From Candidatus Cloacimonadota bacterium (GTDB lineage: Bacteria; Cloacimonadota; Cloacimonadia; JGIOTU-2): a stretch of 64,000 bases of DNA. The DNA is taken from positions 160,001 to 224,000 of the forward strand of contig JBNGBT010000001.1 of the NCBI GenBank assembly GCA_049903315.1, read 5' to 3'. Below are positions 11,032-20,539 of this stretch, piece by piece. The notes beneath the pieces are model-generated. The model worked only from the letters and a program-made list of their open reading frames with translations. It was not told the origin of the DNA and searched no databases. Position numbers and translations under genes: made by a program. Each line of letters starts with the position of its first letter. Positions within the stretch are counted from its first letter, which is position 1.

Positions 11032-11123
11032 TTTTGACTCCTCTGTTATTGATTTACTTCATTTAACTATATTTTCTGAATAATCATCAGATTTTAGTCA
11101 AGTATTAAAATTCATGTGAGTAT

Positions 11124-11154
11124 AAAAAAAACGCACACCGAGTTCGATGTGCGT
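11124..11154 (-). terminator. Intrinsic terminator after the last C25 gene
   Basis: Minus strand ACGCACATCGA/TCGGTGTGCGT stem followed by a T-run. Confidence 0.75.
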
Positions 11155-11181
11155 CTAACATATATCGTAATAGTGCGGAGA

Positions 11182-14100
11182 TTATTTCATTAAGACCATT
11201 TTCTTTGTGATTTGCTTTTCGCTGGTTTCAAGCTTGTAGAAATACACGCCGTTGGCAACGGTTTTATCATGGTTATCTTTGCCATCCCATACAAAGTCCA
11301 TAACAGTTCCTTTCGGGCTTGTTTCCGGGACGAATGTTTTCACGAGTTGCCCTTTGATGTTATATATCTTCAACTCAGCCTTATGCGAATTTGCAGGAAG
11401 TGAGAAGGAAATAGTTGTTGAAGCAGTAACAGGATTTGGGAAATTCTGGTCGAGTTTGAATTGACTGATCATATAAGGATCGTCATTCGAGGTCATGGGA
11501 ATTTCATAACTGGAAGTGGGATCACCAATGAGAATATCATCAACATGGATACCGTCTTCTTGAACATAACCGTCTGAATCCATATAGAATCGGACATAAA
11601 CCTGTGGCTCACCTGCGAAATCAGAAAGGTCGGATGTTTCTGCCACCCAATCTACTTGTGTGCCGTCATAGAGCGGTTCCCCAGTTGGTTGGTAACTTCC
11701 TGTGCCGGGCTCCGTGTATTCACCTTCAAGTGCTGTCCATGTAGTTCCATTTGTCGATGCCTGTACTTGGGCATAGTCATAGTTGGGTTCTATATCCCAT
11801 TTTACATTGAAGTACAAGCTTGCACTGCCTTCCAGGCTGCTCAGATTGATGGGATTTGTGAGCTGCAAAATAGCCGTTGTCCAGGAAGGATAACTACCAC
11901 CGGGGCTGTCTGTAAAGGAATGGGTTGGTGAAACATAGTCTTCTTCAGTTGCTCCCCAATCAGCAGAAGTCCATTGAGCAGTGCCATCTTCTGCATCATC
12001 AAAGAGTTGTGCAAACCCAAGATGATAATCATATTGTGCATCACCGCTTACTGTCAATGTTCCAACATAAGGGACATGACCTTCGGCAGTGACATAGAGA
12101 TTATATGTAAAGTTTGGAAGGCTGACTTCATAGCTTCCTGCAGATGACTGTACAGAAGCAAATTCCTCGCCGTTATCTATTCGCAAATATGAAAGTGTCG
12201 CATTGTTTATCATCATGAAATCATTAAAGACATTCCCCGAAATGAATCCGCTCTCTACTGGATCTAGTACGATATCATGTGCATTCGAACCGTATCCTAA
12301 GAAATAATTGAATTCCTGGTAGGGATCATAGCCCCATTTGTTTATATAAATATCATAGTATTCTACCGCATAGTCTTCGGAAGATGAGTAAATTCCGGAT
12401 GCATCTGTCGTTGAAATAAATACAGGATCATCTTGATTAGGATTAGCTCCGTGTTCATAGAAGCTGACTTCAGCATTGGATACAAGAGAGCCGTTTTGAC
12501 TTTCTGTGACTATGCCGGACACATTTCCATATGCAACGATTACAGGGAAGATCTCTTGATATATATTATATCCTGATTTCGCAATGATTGCATCCACTGG
12601 AGTCAGTGTCGAAGGTGTGACATTATACGTGATGTCGTCAGCAGCACTGAATCCTCCGCCATCGACATTCACCCATAAAGTATAATTATCTTCATCAGCA
12701 GAAGCTTCAATTGTGCCTTCGAGGTTCAATGCAAATGTGTCTGCAAGACCAAAGTCTGTGGTCACGTTCAAACTCGGATTGGTCAGATCAAGCGCAGTGA
12801 CATCCACCTCTTCATGGAAAAGATAATAATCATCGCCCGGATTCTTTCCATATATCTGAAGTGTGGGACCATAATTGTAGTTCACATTAAGAACTGCTGT
12901 ACCTGTAACATCAGTAACTTCTGTTGCAGAGGTATAATTCAGCCCTTCTGCCCATACATCTACTCCAACCTGAGGTGAAATGCTGTCCGGTGCCATAACT
13001 TCGACAGTAACCAGCGACTGGGTATTGACATTGATCGTACCGGGATTAATGGTTACGACACTTGCAGTAACTATAATGTCACCTACATATTTATGATAAT
13101 TGTGGGCAACGACTGCAATATGAAGAATTCCTGCTTCACTTGGAACTGTATCAAATATAAGTGTGCCTGTTCCGAGGATATTGATCTGAGCATATCCGTA
13201 AATTGTATCATCGTCATATACAACGACTCTGGATCCGGCAGGAGCTGAAATATCTATTTGCGGGACACCAGCCATTATGGTTTGAGGATAAACCGGTACG
13301 AGTAATGACGGTTCGGCAGTCCATAATTCGAGTGCAGGATCGCCAAGCTCGTTAAGTTGGTAATAGCACCATCTTATGAGTTCGTCGGTGTTAATAAAGG
13401 GGAGGGTTTGCTCTTTGGAAAGCTGATTTGCTCCGCTGACAGAGTAAACACCTGTATCAAAATAGACATCGATATACTGTCTATGGAAATGCTGAGATGC
13501 ACCATCTGTTCCACCTTGCTGTCCCCATCCATACCTGCTGTTTCCGACGAATGAAGATGCAGCTGTAGACATATTAGTAATAATTTCGTAGAAGCAGTCT
13601 GAGCCATAATAGCCCGATGAAGTTCTGTTATCTATTGAGCCGGAATAACATGCTTGAGAATATCCATTATAGAAGTTGTGAGTAATACCATCGTTGGTAA
13701 GATTATAGGTTGTAAGATCGCCATTATCGATATTCAGGCAGTGTGTTGTGGAGCCGTGTCCGAGGTGATTAAGGAAATTCGGTCCAAGATTCAATTCATT
13801 ATAGAGATCGCTTGAAGACCAGTTATAGTTTATCTGGTAGAGTGTTGTTACCGCCCAGCTGCCAGGGATTCCTACAGTTGTGTAGCCATTTGAAGAACTT
13901 CCTATGAGGAGTTCATTCATATACGTACCGCCGTAGGTGCCTGGCCAAAGATTTTCACCAACCATCAGAGAAGATTCGAGATCACCCAAAATAGGTGATT
14001 CCAGGTATCTCTGGATCTTATTTATTTGATTTGCAATCTCAGTGCTGTTATTTGCGGCTATTCTGCCGATATACACTTCTGCAAGCATGTCGGCTTCATT

Positions 14101-15117
14101 CTCTTCACCCCACAAAGAATTGTTGTTATTATTCCAATCAGGACCTATTCCTGCTGCTGCAGTACGGTCAAGACAGCCATAATACATATCTGCGGGAATG
14201 TCGTCGTCCTCATAGCCGTAGCCCGGATCAACATACATACCCCTATCAGGTATGATGTCAGTATCTGCACCCATGAGCACATATTTGACAGGATAGTCAG
14301 TATATTCTGCAATCACATAGTTTCTGATCTGATCTCCGACATCCACACCCGGATAATTGAGCATAATATCACTCACAAGAGTGATCGTTGATTTCAGTCC
14401 TCTCATTGCGTGGAAATCTGCAAGTGGCTGAAAATCGTCCTCGAAGCTGCTACTGGTAATGATGATATAATCATATCCGTCAGCTTTTGTTTGGGGAACG
14501 GTATAAGTGCCAAGCATGTCAATATTATCCACAAGTGCAGCAAGTCTGGTTTCTATTTCAGGATTATTGTGTAAAAATTTTTGAGCATTTTCTGCTGCTG
14601 CATCATAGGATGTTTCAAGTGTGACAACTGCCTTTTTGTAATAACTCAGCTCCTTTGTTGAAGGCATATAGGAAAGGGGAGTAACTGCAAAAGAACCGAT
14701 AGAATATCCTGCGAGATAATGAGTAGTATAATCATTATACTGCTTGGTTGGGAAAGGTGAATCACTTGAATAAATAGTCTGGTCCGGAGGAGTGAATTCT
14801 GCCTGATCTAATAATGAAAGGGGCATGGGTTGTTGCTTGGGATAAATGGTGTAGTTTCCAAGAGGAGTTTTTTCAAAGAATTCAATTGTGATATCAGAAA
14901 CAGCCTGCATTTGAGGAAGAAGGAGATTGATGCCAATATAGGGCAATGAGGGTTCGCCGGGATTTCCAAGATGGTAACTATCTTCCAATTGAAGAATGGC
15001 ATATTCACCATCGATTTCTACTTCTGGAGCATCAAAGTAATAGGTCTTTGTTATCATATCTGCAAAACTGATGGATGTAATAAAAAGAATGATGATTAGA
15101 ATACTAATTTTTTTCAT
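11182..15117 (-). CDS. Gingipain-family C25 cysteine peptidase (third subtype) with C-terminal sorting domain
   Basis: Propeptide (GEPSLP), IPADMYY, NHLGHGS (His), SQACYSG (Cys), GNSRYGW, LGDPAL; C-terminal NFPNPV...GVYFY. Confidence 0.9.
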   Translation of the reverse strand: MKKISILIIILFITSISFADMITKTYYFDAPEVEIDGEYAILQLEDSYHLGNPGEPSLPYIGINLLLPQMQAVSDITIEFFEKTPLGNYTIYPKQQPMPLSLLDQAEFTPPDQTIYSSDSPFPTKQYNDYTTHYLAGYSIGSFAVTPLSYMPSTKELSYYKKAVVTLETSYDAAAENAQKFLHNNPEIETRLAALVDNIDMLGTYTVPQTKADGYDYIIITSSSFEDDFQPLADFHAMRGLKSTITLVSDIMLNYPGVDVGDQIRNYVIAEYTDYPVKYVLMGADTDIIPDRGMYVDPGYGYEDDDIPADMYYGCLDRTAAAGIGPDWNNNNNSLWGEENEADMLAEVYIGRIAANNSTEIANQINKIQRYLESPILGDLESSLMVGENLWPGTYGGTYMNELLIGSSSNGYTTVGIPGSWAVTTLYQINYNWSSSDLYNELNLGPNFLNHLGHGSTTHCLNIDNGDLTTYNLTNDGITHNFYNGYSQACYSGSIDNRTSSGYYGSDCFYEIITNMSTAASSFVGNSRYGWGQQGGTDGASQHFHRQYIDVYFDTGVYSVSGANQLSKEQTLPFINTDELIRWCYYQLNELGDPALELWTAEPSLLVPVYPQTIMAGVPQIDISAPAGSRVVVYDDDTIYGYAQINILGTGTLIFDTVPSEAGILHIAVVAHNYHKYVGDIIVTASVVTINPGTINVNTQSLVTVEVMAPDSISPQVGVDVWAEGLNYTSATEVTDVTGTAVLNVNYNYGPTLQIYGKNPGDDYYLFHEEVDVTALDLTNPSLNVTTDFGLADTFALNLEGTIEASADEDNYTLWVNVDGGGFSAADDITYNVTPSTLTPVDAIIAKSGYNIYQEIFPVIVAYGNVSGIVTESQNGSLVSNAEVSFYEHGANPNQDDPVFISTTDASGIYSSSEDYAVEYYDIYINKWGYDPYQEFNYFLGYGSNAHDIVLDPVESGFISGNVFNDFMMINNATLSYLRIDNGEEFASVQSSAGSYEVSLPNFTYNLYVTAEGHVPYVGTLTVSGDAQYDYHLGFAQLFDDAEDGTAQWTSADWGATEEDYVSPTHSFTDSPGGSYPSWTTAILQLTNPINLSSLEGSASLYFNVKWDIEPNYDYAQVQASTNGTTWTALEGEYTEPGTGSYQPTGEPLYDGTQVDWVAETSDLSDFAGEPQVYVRFYMDSDGYVQEDGIHVDDILIGDPTSSYEIPMTSNDDPYMISQFKLDQNFPNPVTASTTISFSLPANSHKAELKIYNIKGQLVKTFVPETSPKGTVMDFVWDGKDNHDKTVANGVYFYKLETSEKQITKKMVLMK

Positions 15118-15141
15118 ACTGATGTCCTTACTTTTATTTTT

Positions 15142-16578
15142 TTATTTTTCTAATTTTCCATTTTTAAAAATAATTTTATTATCAACTTTAATGGTTTTAT
15201 CAAGCATATAGAATTGTGCGATCATATTAGAGTCAATATTGCTGGCTTCGAGTTCGTCCCAGCCAACCTGCAAAGTGAGCGCACCAAATATTTTTGTATT
15301 AATGTATGGATGGTAAATATTTTTATGAAGTGCAGGATTCATCCCTATTGTGAACGAGCCAACAAGTTTTTTGTCTCCGGTGGCATTTTTGAAAAGGGTT
15401 TGAAGTTTCTCATCATCTTCTTTTGCCTTCATCTTTGTAATCTTATTTTCATGAATTGTGATGTCAACATCTTCAAAGAGTGTATCATAGAGATAAGCAA
15501 AATCTGTGTGGAATTTCCCATTGATCATGCCTTTTTCAAGCAAGCCGACAACCAGTCCACCAGGAAGTTCGGAGTCAGTGGCAAGAGAATTTGCAATTCC
15601 ATCTTTTATCTGAAGAACTCGTTCCTCGGGAAGTTTCATGTCGAGCAGACTCCCGTTCCCATCTTCAATGGAAATTGTGTTGGATGTTGCAAGAAGATCC
15701 TTGACCCGAAGACAGTTCTTCGTGAGTTCTTTAGGTTCTTCATTGAGTGCCCGCCAGTACATCTCACTTCTCAGTTCAGCATCAGCTTTCTGAAAATTAT
15801 TATATATCGTATCTATTGTAAGGAAGCGGACATCGGTTTCGTAGGTTTTGCGCACATTTTCCCGTTTTGCTTCTTCGATAAGATTGCTTTTTTCGATAAG
15901 CTCTTCACTGAGCGTTTCATCTTCAATCTCATCGAGGAATTCTCCGGAAAAGATAATATGGGCATCAGCTTCATTAATAAGAAAATCACTTATGACATCC
16001 TTGGTTGCACAGGTAAGGGGTACATGACGGATGAAGTTATACTCCATCCGCTTCGTCCAGAAAACAGGTATTGCATAAGCTCCCTGACGAGCAATTTCCA
16101 CCATAAGATCTTCGACCAGCTTCCTGTGCATGGGCTGGTAACTTATTACCACTTTTTCATTTTCTTTTATAGCAAGGTTGTGAGTAATAATCTTATGTGC
16201 AATATCCCTGAAACTGATTTTGATGACTTGTTCTCTTCGCCATTCATCAATTTCCTGGCTGAGCACAGCATGAATGACATTGGATTTTTTTAAATTAACT
16301 TCACCAAGTGAAACGTCAACGAAATAATTCCTTGCAACAGCACGATAATATTTTTTAATCGTGCCACGGACATGTTCAGATTCGACCAATTCTATAAGTC
16401 CAGCACTTTCAAGCTGTTGCATGTCATACCAAAGTGCATTGGGTTTGATGTTGAATTTCAATGCAAGTTCTTGTGCCGTATATTCTCTGTCAACCATGTG
16501 GCGAAGAATTTTCAAACGTCTATCAGAGGACAGGGTCTTGATTCCTTCGAGCGTTGAGATATAAAAAATTTCCTGCAT
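15142..16578 (-). CDS. ArsR-type wHTH regulator fused to an M29 aminopeptidase-like domain lacking metal ligands
   Basis: N-term L...RRLKILRHM...TAQELA......L.SAGLIE....RG..KKYY; C-term resembles AmpT/AmpS fold (L.IKENEKVVI, LPGG, G.F.IG.NP, DNKIIFKNG). Confidence 0.75.
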   Translation of the reverse strand: MQEIFYISTLEGIKTLSSDRRLKILRHMVDREYTAQELALKFNIKPNALWYDMQQLESAGLIELVESEHVRGTIKKYYRAVARNYFVDVSLGEVNLKKSNVIHAVLSQEIDEWRREQVIKISFRDIAHKIITHNLAIKENEKVVISYQPMHRKLVEDLMVEIARQGAYAIPVFWTKRMEYNFIRHVPLTCATKDVISDFLINEADAHIIFSGEFLDEIEDETLSEELIEKSNLIEEAKRENVRKTYETDVRFLTIDTIYNNFQKADAELRSEMYWRALNEEPKELTKNCLRVKDLLATSNTISIEDGNGSLLDMKLPEERVLQIKDGIANSLATDSELPGGLVVGLLEKGMINGKFHTDFAYLYDTLFEDVDITIHENKITKMKAKEDDEKLQTLFKNATGDKKLVGSFTIGMNPALHKNIYHPYINTKIFGALTLQVGWDELEASNIDSNMIAQFYMLDKTIKVDNKIIFKNGKLEK

Positions 16579-16609
16579 AAATTACACTTTCTTCATACTT
16601 CAGAAGTGA

Positions 16610-16637
16610 ACTTGCGGGAGTATTTCATCCCGCAAGT
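16610..16637. other. Strong intergenic hairpin between Rgp-like gene and regulator
   Basis: ACTTGCGGGA-gtatttca-TCCCGCAAGT, 10-bp perfect stem; weak U-tract on the minus strand. Confidence 0.65.
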
Positions 16638-16648
16638 CATTTTATTAT

Positions 16649-19600
16649 TTACTGCAATAAGAGTAATTTCTTCGTAATTTCTTTCTTGTCAGTAGTGAGT
16701 CTATAGAAATAAACTCCGTTTGCTACTGGTTTGTTTACATTATCCTTACAATCCCATTCGAAAGTGAAGAGAGGTCCTTCATCGATATTGGGAGTGAAGG
16801 TTTTCACAAGTTGCCCTTTCACATTATAAATGGAAAGTTCTGCTGTCTGAATATTCTGCGGAAGTGCAAAGGAGAAGGTCGTGGAATTGTGTACAGGATT
16901 TGGGAAGTTCTGATGCAGCGATACTATTTCAGTAGGGCGAGGATCGTCGTTACTGACTATTGGAATTTCATAACTTGTGCTTGGATCGCCGATGAGTACA
17001 TCGTCTATATACCAGCCATAATATGTATGCACCGAATAGTCAGATGCAAATGTCCAGCGCAATGTTGCCGTGTTACCGGCATGAGCTGAAAGGTCAAATT
17101 CAACCTGCTCCCAATCGGCAATCTGACCACCGAAGCCCGGAGCACTCAGAGCGCTGATATTGCCGCTGTAACCGCCCTCAGGTGTGATGAGATTATAACC
17201 TACTCCGCCATTTGTGGAGATCGTAACATTTCCGCCATCATACAGAGTTGAGGTCCCTTCGAAATTATAATAATGCCAGAAATAAAGTGTGGCGTCTGCA
17301 GGAACAGTGAATTCTGGAGAGTACAGGAACCAGTCCACATTATCCTGATAGGTTCCTCCAAGAACTGTTCCCCAGAGATTTATTCCGGAGTGAGCAGTGA
17401 TACCACCGGCAGTTGGTTGTCCCCACTGCCATCCACTCGGATCACTGCTTACAAAATTCCCATCATTTGGCTCAAAATCAGAAAAGAGAGTTGCATAGCC
17501 AAGATGATAATCAATGATCATATCACCATTCACAAGCAAACTGCCTGAATATGGAACGTATCCCTGTGCAGAGACATAGATATTGTAGTTGAAATGCGGA
17601 AGAGAGACACTATACGCTCCATAAGAGATATCTGAAACTGCATACTCGTCTCCATTATCCGATCTATAATAATGTATGGTACCATTTGCAATATTTGCAA
17701 AGTCACCGTAAACGGTGCCGGACACATTTCCACTTTCAACCGGATCAAGCTGCATATCATGAGAATTTGCCCCATACCCGAGGAAGTAGCTAAGTTCCTG
17801 ATAGGGATTAAATCCCCAATGGTCTATATAAATATCGTAATTATCAACAGCTTGCTCGGAAGGTACATTGTAAAATCCAGAAGAGTTTGTCGTTGCAATG
17901 AAAAGAGGATCATCTTCAGGAACTGCACCTTCTTCATAGAAGCGCACCTCTGCATTAGAGATCGCAGTGCCGTTATCACTATCAGTGAGTGTTCCGGAAA
18001 CAGTGCCAAATGCCACAATTACTGTGAAATCTTCTTCATAAATATTGTACCCGGATTTCGAGATTATTGAATGAACGTTTCCCAATTCATCAGGGGTCAT
18101 TAACAACGAGCTGCCGGCTGTGTTTGCGTAGCCATTTTCATTCAGCTTTGCCCAGAGTGTTGTCCCGTCGTCAGTGCAGTACTGGTTGATAGACGCTTCC
18201 ATGTTCATAGCAAGGGTGTCATACAATCCAAAGGTCGTTGTCACATCAATATCAGGATCTGTTAAGCTGAGAGCATTTACCGTGAGTGATTCATCGAAGA
18301 GGAGGTAATCTTCATCAGGTCGTTGACCGCAGATTTGAAGCGCAGGTCCAAATTGATAATTGATAGAAAGTACTGCCTCTCCATTTGAATCAGTGGCTAT
18401 CACTGAAGATGTATAATCGAGTCCTTCTGCCCATACATTTACGCCTACTTCAGGATTGATGCCATCGCTGTCCATAACGGTCACAGTAACATTTGTTGCC
18501 TGATTGACATTAATAATATGAGGAGTGATATCTACCTGAACTGGGACGATCGCATCAAGAAGTGCGGTATAAGGTATTGTATTGTAAGCAGTGACGGTTA
18601 GGGTCATTTGTCCGGGAGTCACCAGCGGCTCATCGAGAGTAATAGTTGCATGACCAGTGAAATCTGTATTACCGTAACCATACAGAGTGCCATCCATATA
18701 CAACCCGATAAGTGCGCCTTCAATGCCGACCACTTCGACGTCATAAGTAGTTGAGCCGAGGGGGATAATAGGATTATGATTCACTGTCATTAATGCTGGA
18801 GTATCTGTTCGAAGTTTTACTGAGGGATCTCCGAAAACTGTCCAGTACTGAAATTCGTTTGTTCCGCCAGATGGATTTTCATCCATCATTTGCATTGCAC
18901 CACTGAAAAAATAGTTACCGACAGTCGTGACTTTTTCATTTGCAAGGAACATATTTGCGTGATACTCAGCGATCATAGGTGGGAGCCAGCTCTGACTGAT
19001 AACTGATGCATACACGCCAATCGAGCCGGTTGGAATTCCGCTCGAATTATTTGTGGCACGTGCCCATGCTTCAGCAAAACAGGTGGAGCCGGTGAAATTA
19101 CCATTCAAACAGGCAACACACAGGACTGTGGGATACATATAATTATTAGTAAGTGAATTAATATTTGTGGTTGAGAATCCGGTTGTGCCCCAAGATGTTG
19201 TTGAGCCATGACCGCAGTAATTAACAACACTGCGCCCATTATTTATTGCGTTGGCCACATCAGAAGCTGTTCCTGACGGATCATAGATCTGGTCTACCGA
19301 GGTGTAGTTCCATGCAAGTAATGAATCGCGGATGTGATCCATCATAACATAGTCAGCCCAGCCATTATATCCAATACCTGAACCTTGAGAAGAAGCTACA
19401 CCGACACCTTTATGCATCCAGTCACCGGAAATAAATGGATCAGATTCATAGTAGAGCACGCGGTTGACCTGGGTTTCTACATGTGTGCCGGTCTCAGCCG
19501 AGAATCTCCCGACAAATGCATCAGGATAAGAATCTCCGCCCTCAAGGCAGGCATACAAAGGATCTTTATTGTTTTCGCAGGGAACAACTTGCGGAGCATC

Positions 19601-20527
19601 ACCTACAATAAGAATGAAGGCAAGATTCCATGTGTTATAGAGATTTTGAATGTAATTTTTGATGGCGGTATAGTTATTTCCAATAGTGCCTACATTCACC
19701 ATCTGGGTTGGAATACCCTTTTTATTTTTCCATTCATACAAGGGCTGCATTTCGTCTGCAAAATCATCATAAGTAATAATGACCATTGATCCGACTGCAG
19801 GTGTGGGAACGTGTCTGTGATACTGTGACGCACGTTCATAATTTATGAATTGGGTTTTATACACCTCAAGAAATGAAGCAGCTACACTCTCGCATTCAAA
19901 TAAACCCTTATCCTTCACATTGACATCACTATAACCATTCTCAGTCACTTTGATGTTTATAGTAGTGTACACACGAAGTTTGTGCTGTACAGGATTATAT
20001 TGAAAGGGTTGCACTTGAATGACCATTCCGCGTGCATCCCGCAAAATGTAAGGATCTCCAGCAAAAGCGATCTCCTGCGGATACCACACATCTTCATTAT
20101 ATATAGGATCAAATGTGTACGGTACATCTTCAGGATTGATTTCACGAGAGAAGTTTCCTTTTGAAGGGATCACGTAGATATTTTCAAATTCTTCATATTG
20201 AGAGTTTACGACAGCAACTTCCATATTTGAGCGTGGAGGAATAAGGACACTTCTATTAATATGCGGAAGTTCCGGATATCCCCGATTAAGAAGAATGCCT
20301 TCATGAGGTATGATGATTTGCGAGTATTCTTTTCCATCAATCAGCACTTCTTCTTTATTAAAACCATTGATTGAATATGTGAGATCAATGAGGTTATCAT
20401 TTGATGTGAGCACCTCGACCTCAACGGCATTTTCTTTGTCGCCATTGAGCGGTATCCATGTGTGCTGTCCTGCAAATAGAGAAGATGCAAGAAGCAGTAG
20501 ACTAATAAGAATGACAAATTTTTTCAT
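16649..20527 (-). CDS. Arg-gingipain (Rgp)-like C25 cysteine peptidase with C-terminal sorting domain
   Basis: NYCGHGSTTSWGT, CVACLNG, CFAEAW, SQSW.PPM, WTVFGDPS match RgpB catalytic-domain motifs; Rgp-type propeptide (PSKGN..R...P..VPY.F). Confidence 0.9.
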   Translation of the reverse strand: MKKFVILISLLLLASSLFAGQHTWIPLNGDKENAVEVEVLTSNDNLIDLTYSINGFNKEEVLIDGKEYSQIIIPHEGILLNRGYPELPHINRSVLIPPRSNMEVAVVNSQYEEFENIYVIPSKGNFSREINPEDVPYTFDPIYNEDVWYPQEIAFAGDPYILRDARGMVIQVQPFQYNPVQHKLRVYTTINIKVTENGYSDVNVKDKGLFECESVAASFLEVYKTQFINYERASQYHRHVPTPAVGSMVIITYDDFADEMQPLYEWKNKKGIPTQMVNVGTIGNNYTAIKNYIQNLYNTWNLAFILIVGDAPQVVPCENNKDPLYACLEGGDSYPDAFVGRFSAETGTHVETQVNRVLYYESDPFISGDWMHKGVGVASSQGSGIGYNGWADYVMMDHIRDSLLAWNYTSVDQIYDPSGTASDVANAINNGRSVVNYCGHGSTTSWGTTGFSTTNINSLTNNYMYPTVLCVACLNGNFTGSTCFAEAWARATNNSSGIPTGSIGVYASVISQSWLPPMIAEYHANMFLANEKVTTVGNYFFSGAMQMMDENPSGGTNEFQYWTVFGDPSVKLRTDTPALMTVNHNPIIPLGSTTYDVEVVGIEGALIGLYMDGTLYGYGNTDFTGHATITLDEPLVTPGQMTLTVTAYNTIPYTALLDAIVPVQVDITPHIINVNQATNVTVTVMDSDGINPEVGVNVWAEGLDYTSSVIATDSNGEAVLSINYQFGPALQICGQRPDEDYLLFDESLTVNALSLTDPDIDVTTTFGLYDTLAMNMEASINQYCTDDGTTLWAKLNENGYANTAGSSLLMTPDELGNVHSIISKSGYNIYEEDFTVIVAFGTVSGTLTDSDNGTAISNAEVRFYEEGAVPEDDPLFIATTNSSGFYNVPSEQAVDNYDIYIDHWGFNPYQELSYFLGYGANSHDMQLDPVESGNVSGTVYGDFANIANGTIHYYRSDNGDEYAVSDISYGAYSVSLPHFNYNIYVSAQGYVPYSGSLLVNGDMIIDYHLGYATLFSDFEPNDGNFVSSDPSGWQWGQPTAGGITAHSGINLWGTVLGGTYQDNVDWFLYSPEFTVPADATLYFWHYYNFEGTSTLYDGGNVTISTNGGVGYNLITPEGGYSGNISALSAPGFGGQIADWEQVEFDLSAHAGNTATLRWTFASDYSVHTYYGWYIDDVLIGDPSTSYEIPIVSNDDPRPTEIVSLHQNFPNPVHNSTTFSFALPQNIQTAELSIYNVKGQLVKTFTPNIDEGPLFTFEWDCKDNVNKPVANGVYFYRLTTDKKEITKKLLLLQ

Positions 20528-20539
20528 TGAGGGTCCTCC

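Noticed and set aside
15214..16293. 359-aa plus-strand ORF and other antisense ORFs in the track
   Set aside because: They are shadows of well-supported genes on the opposite strand and carry no motifs
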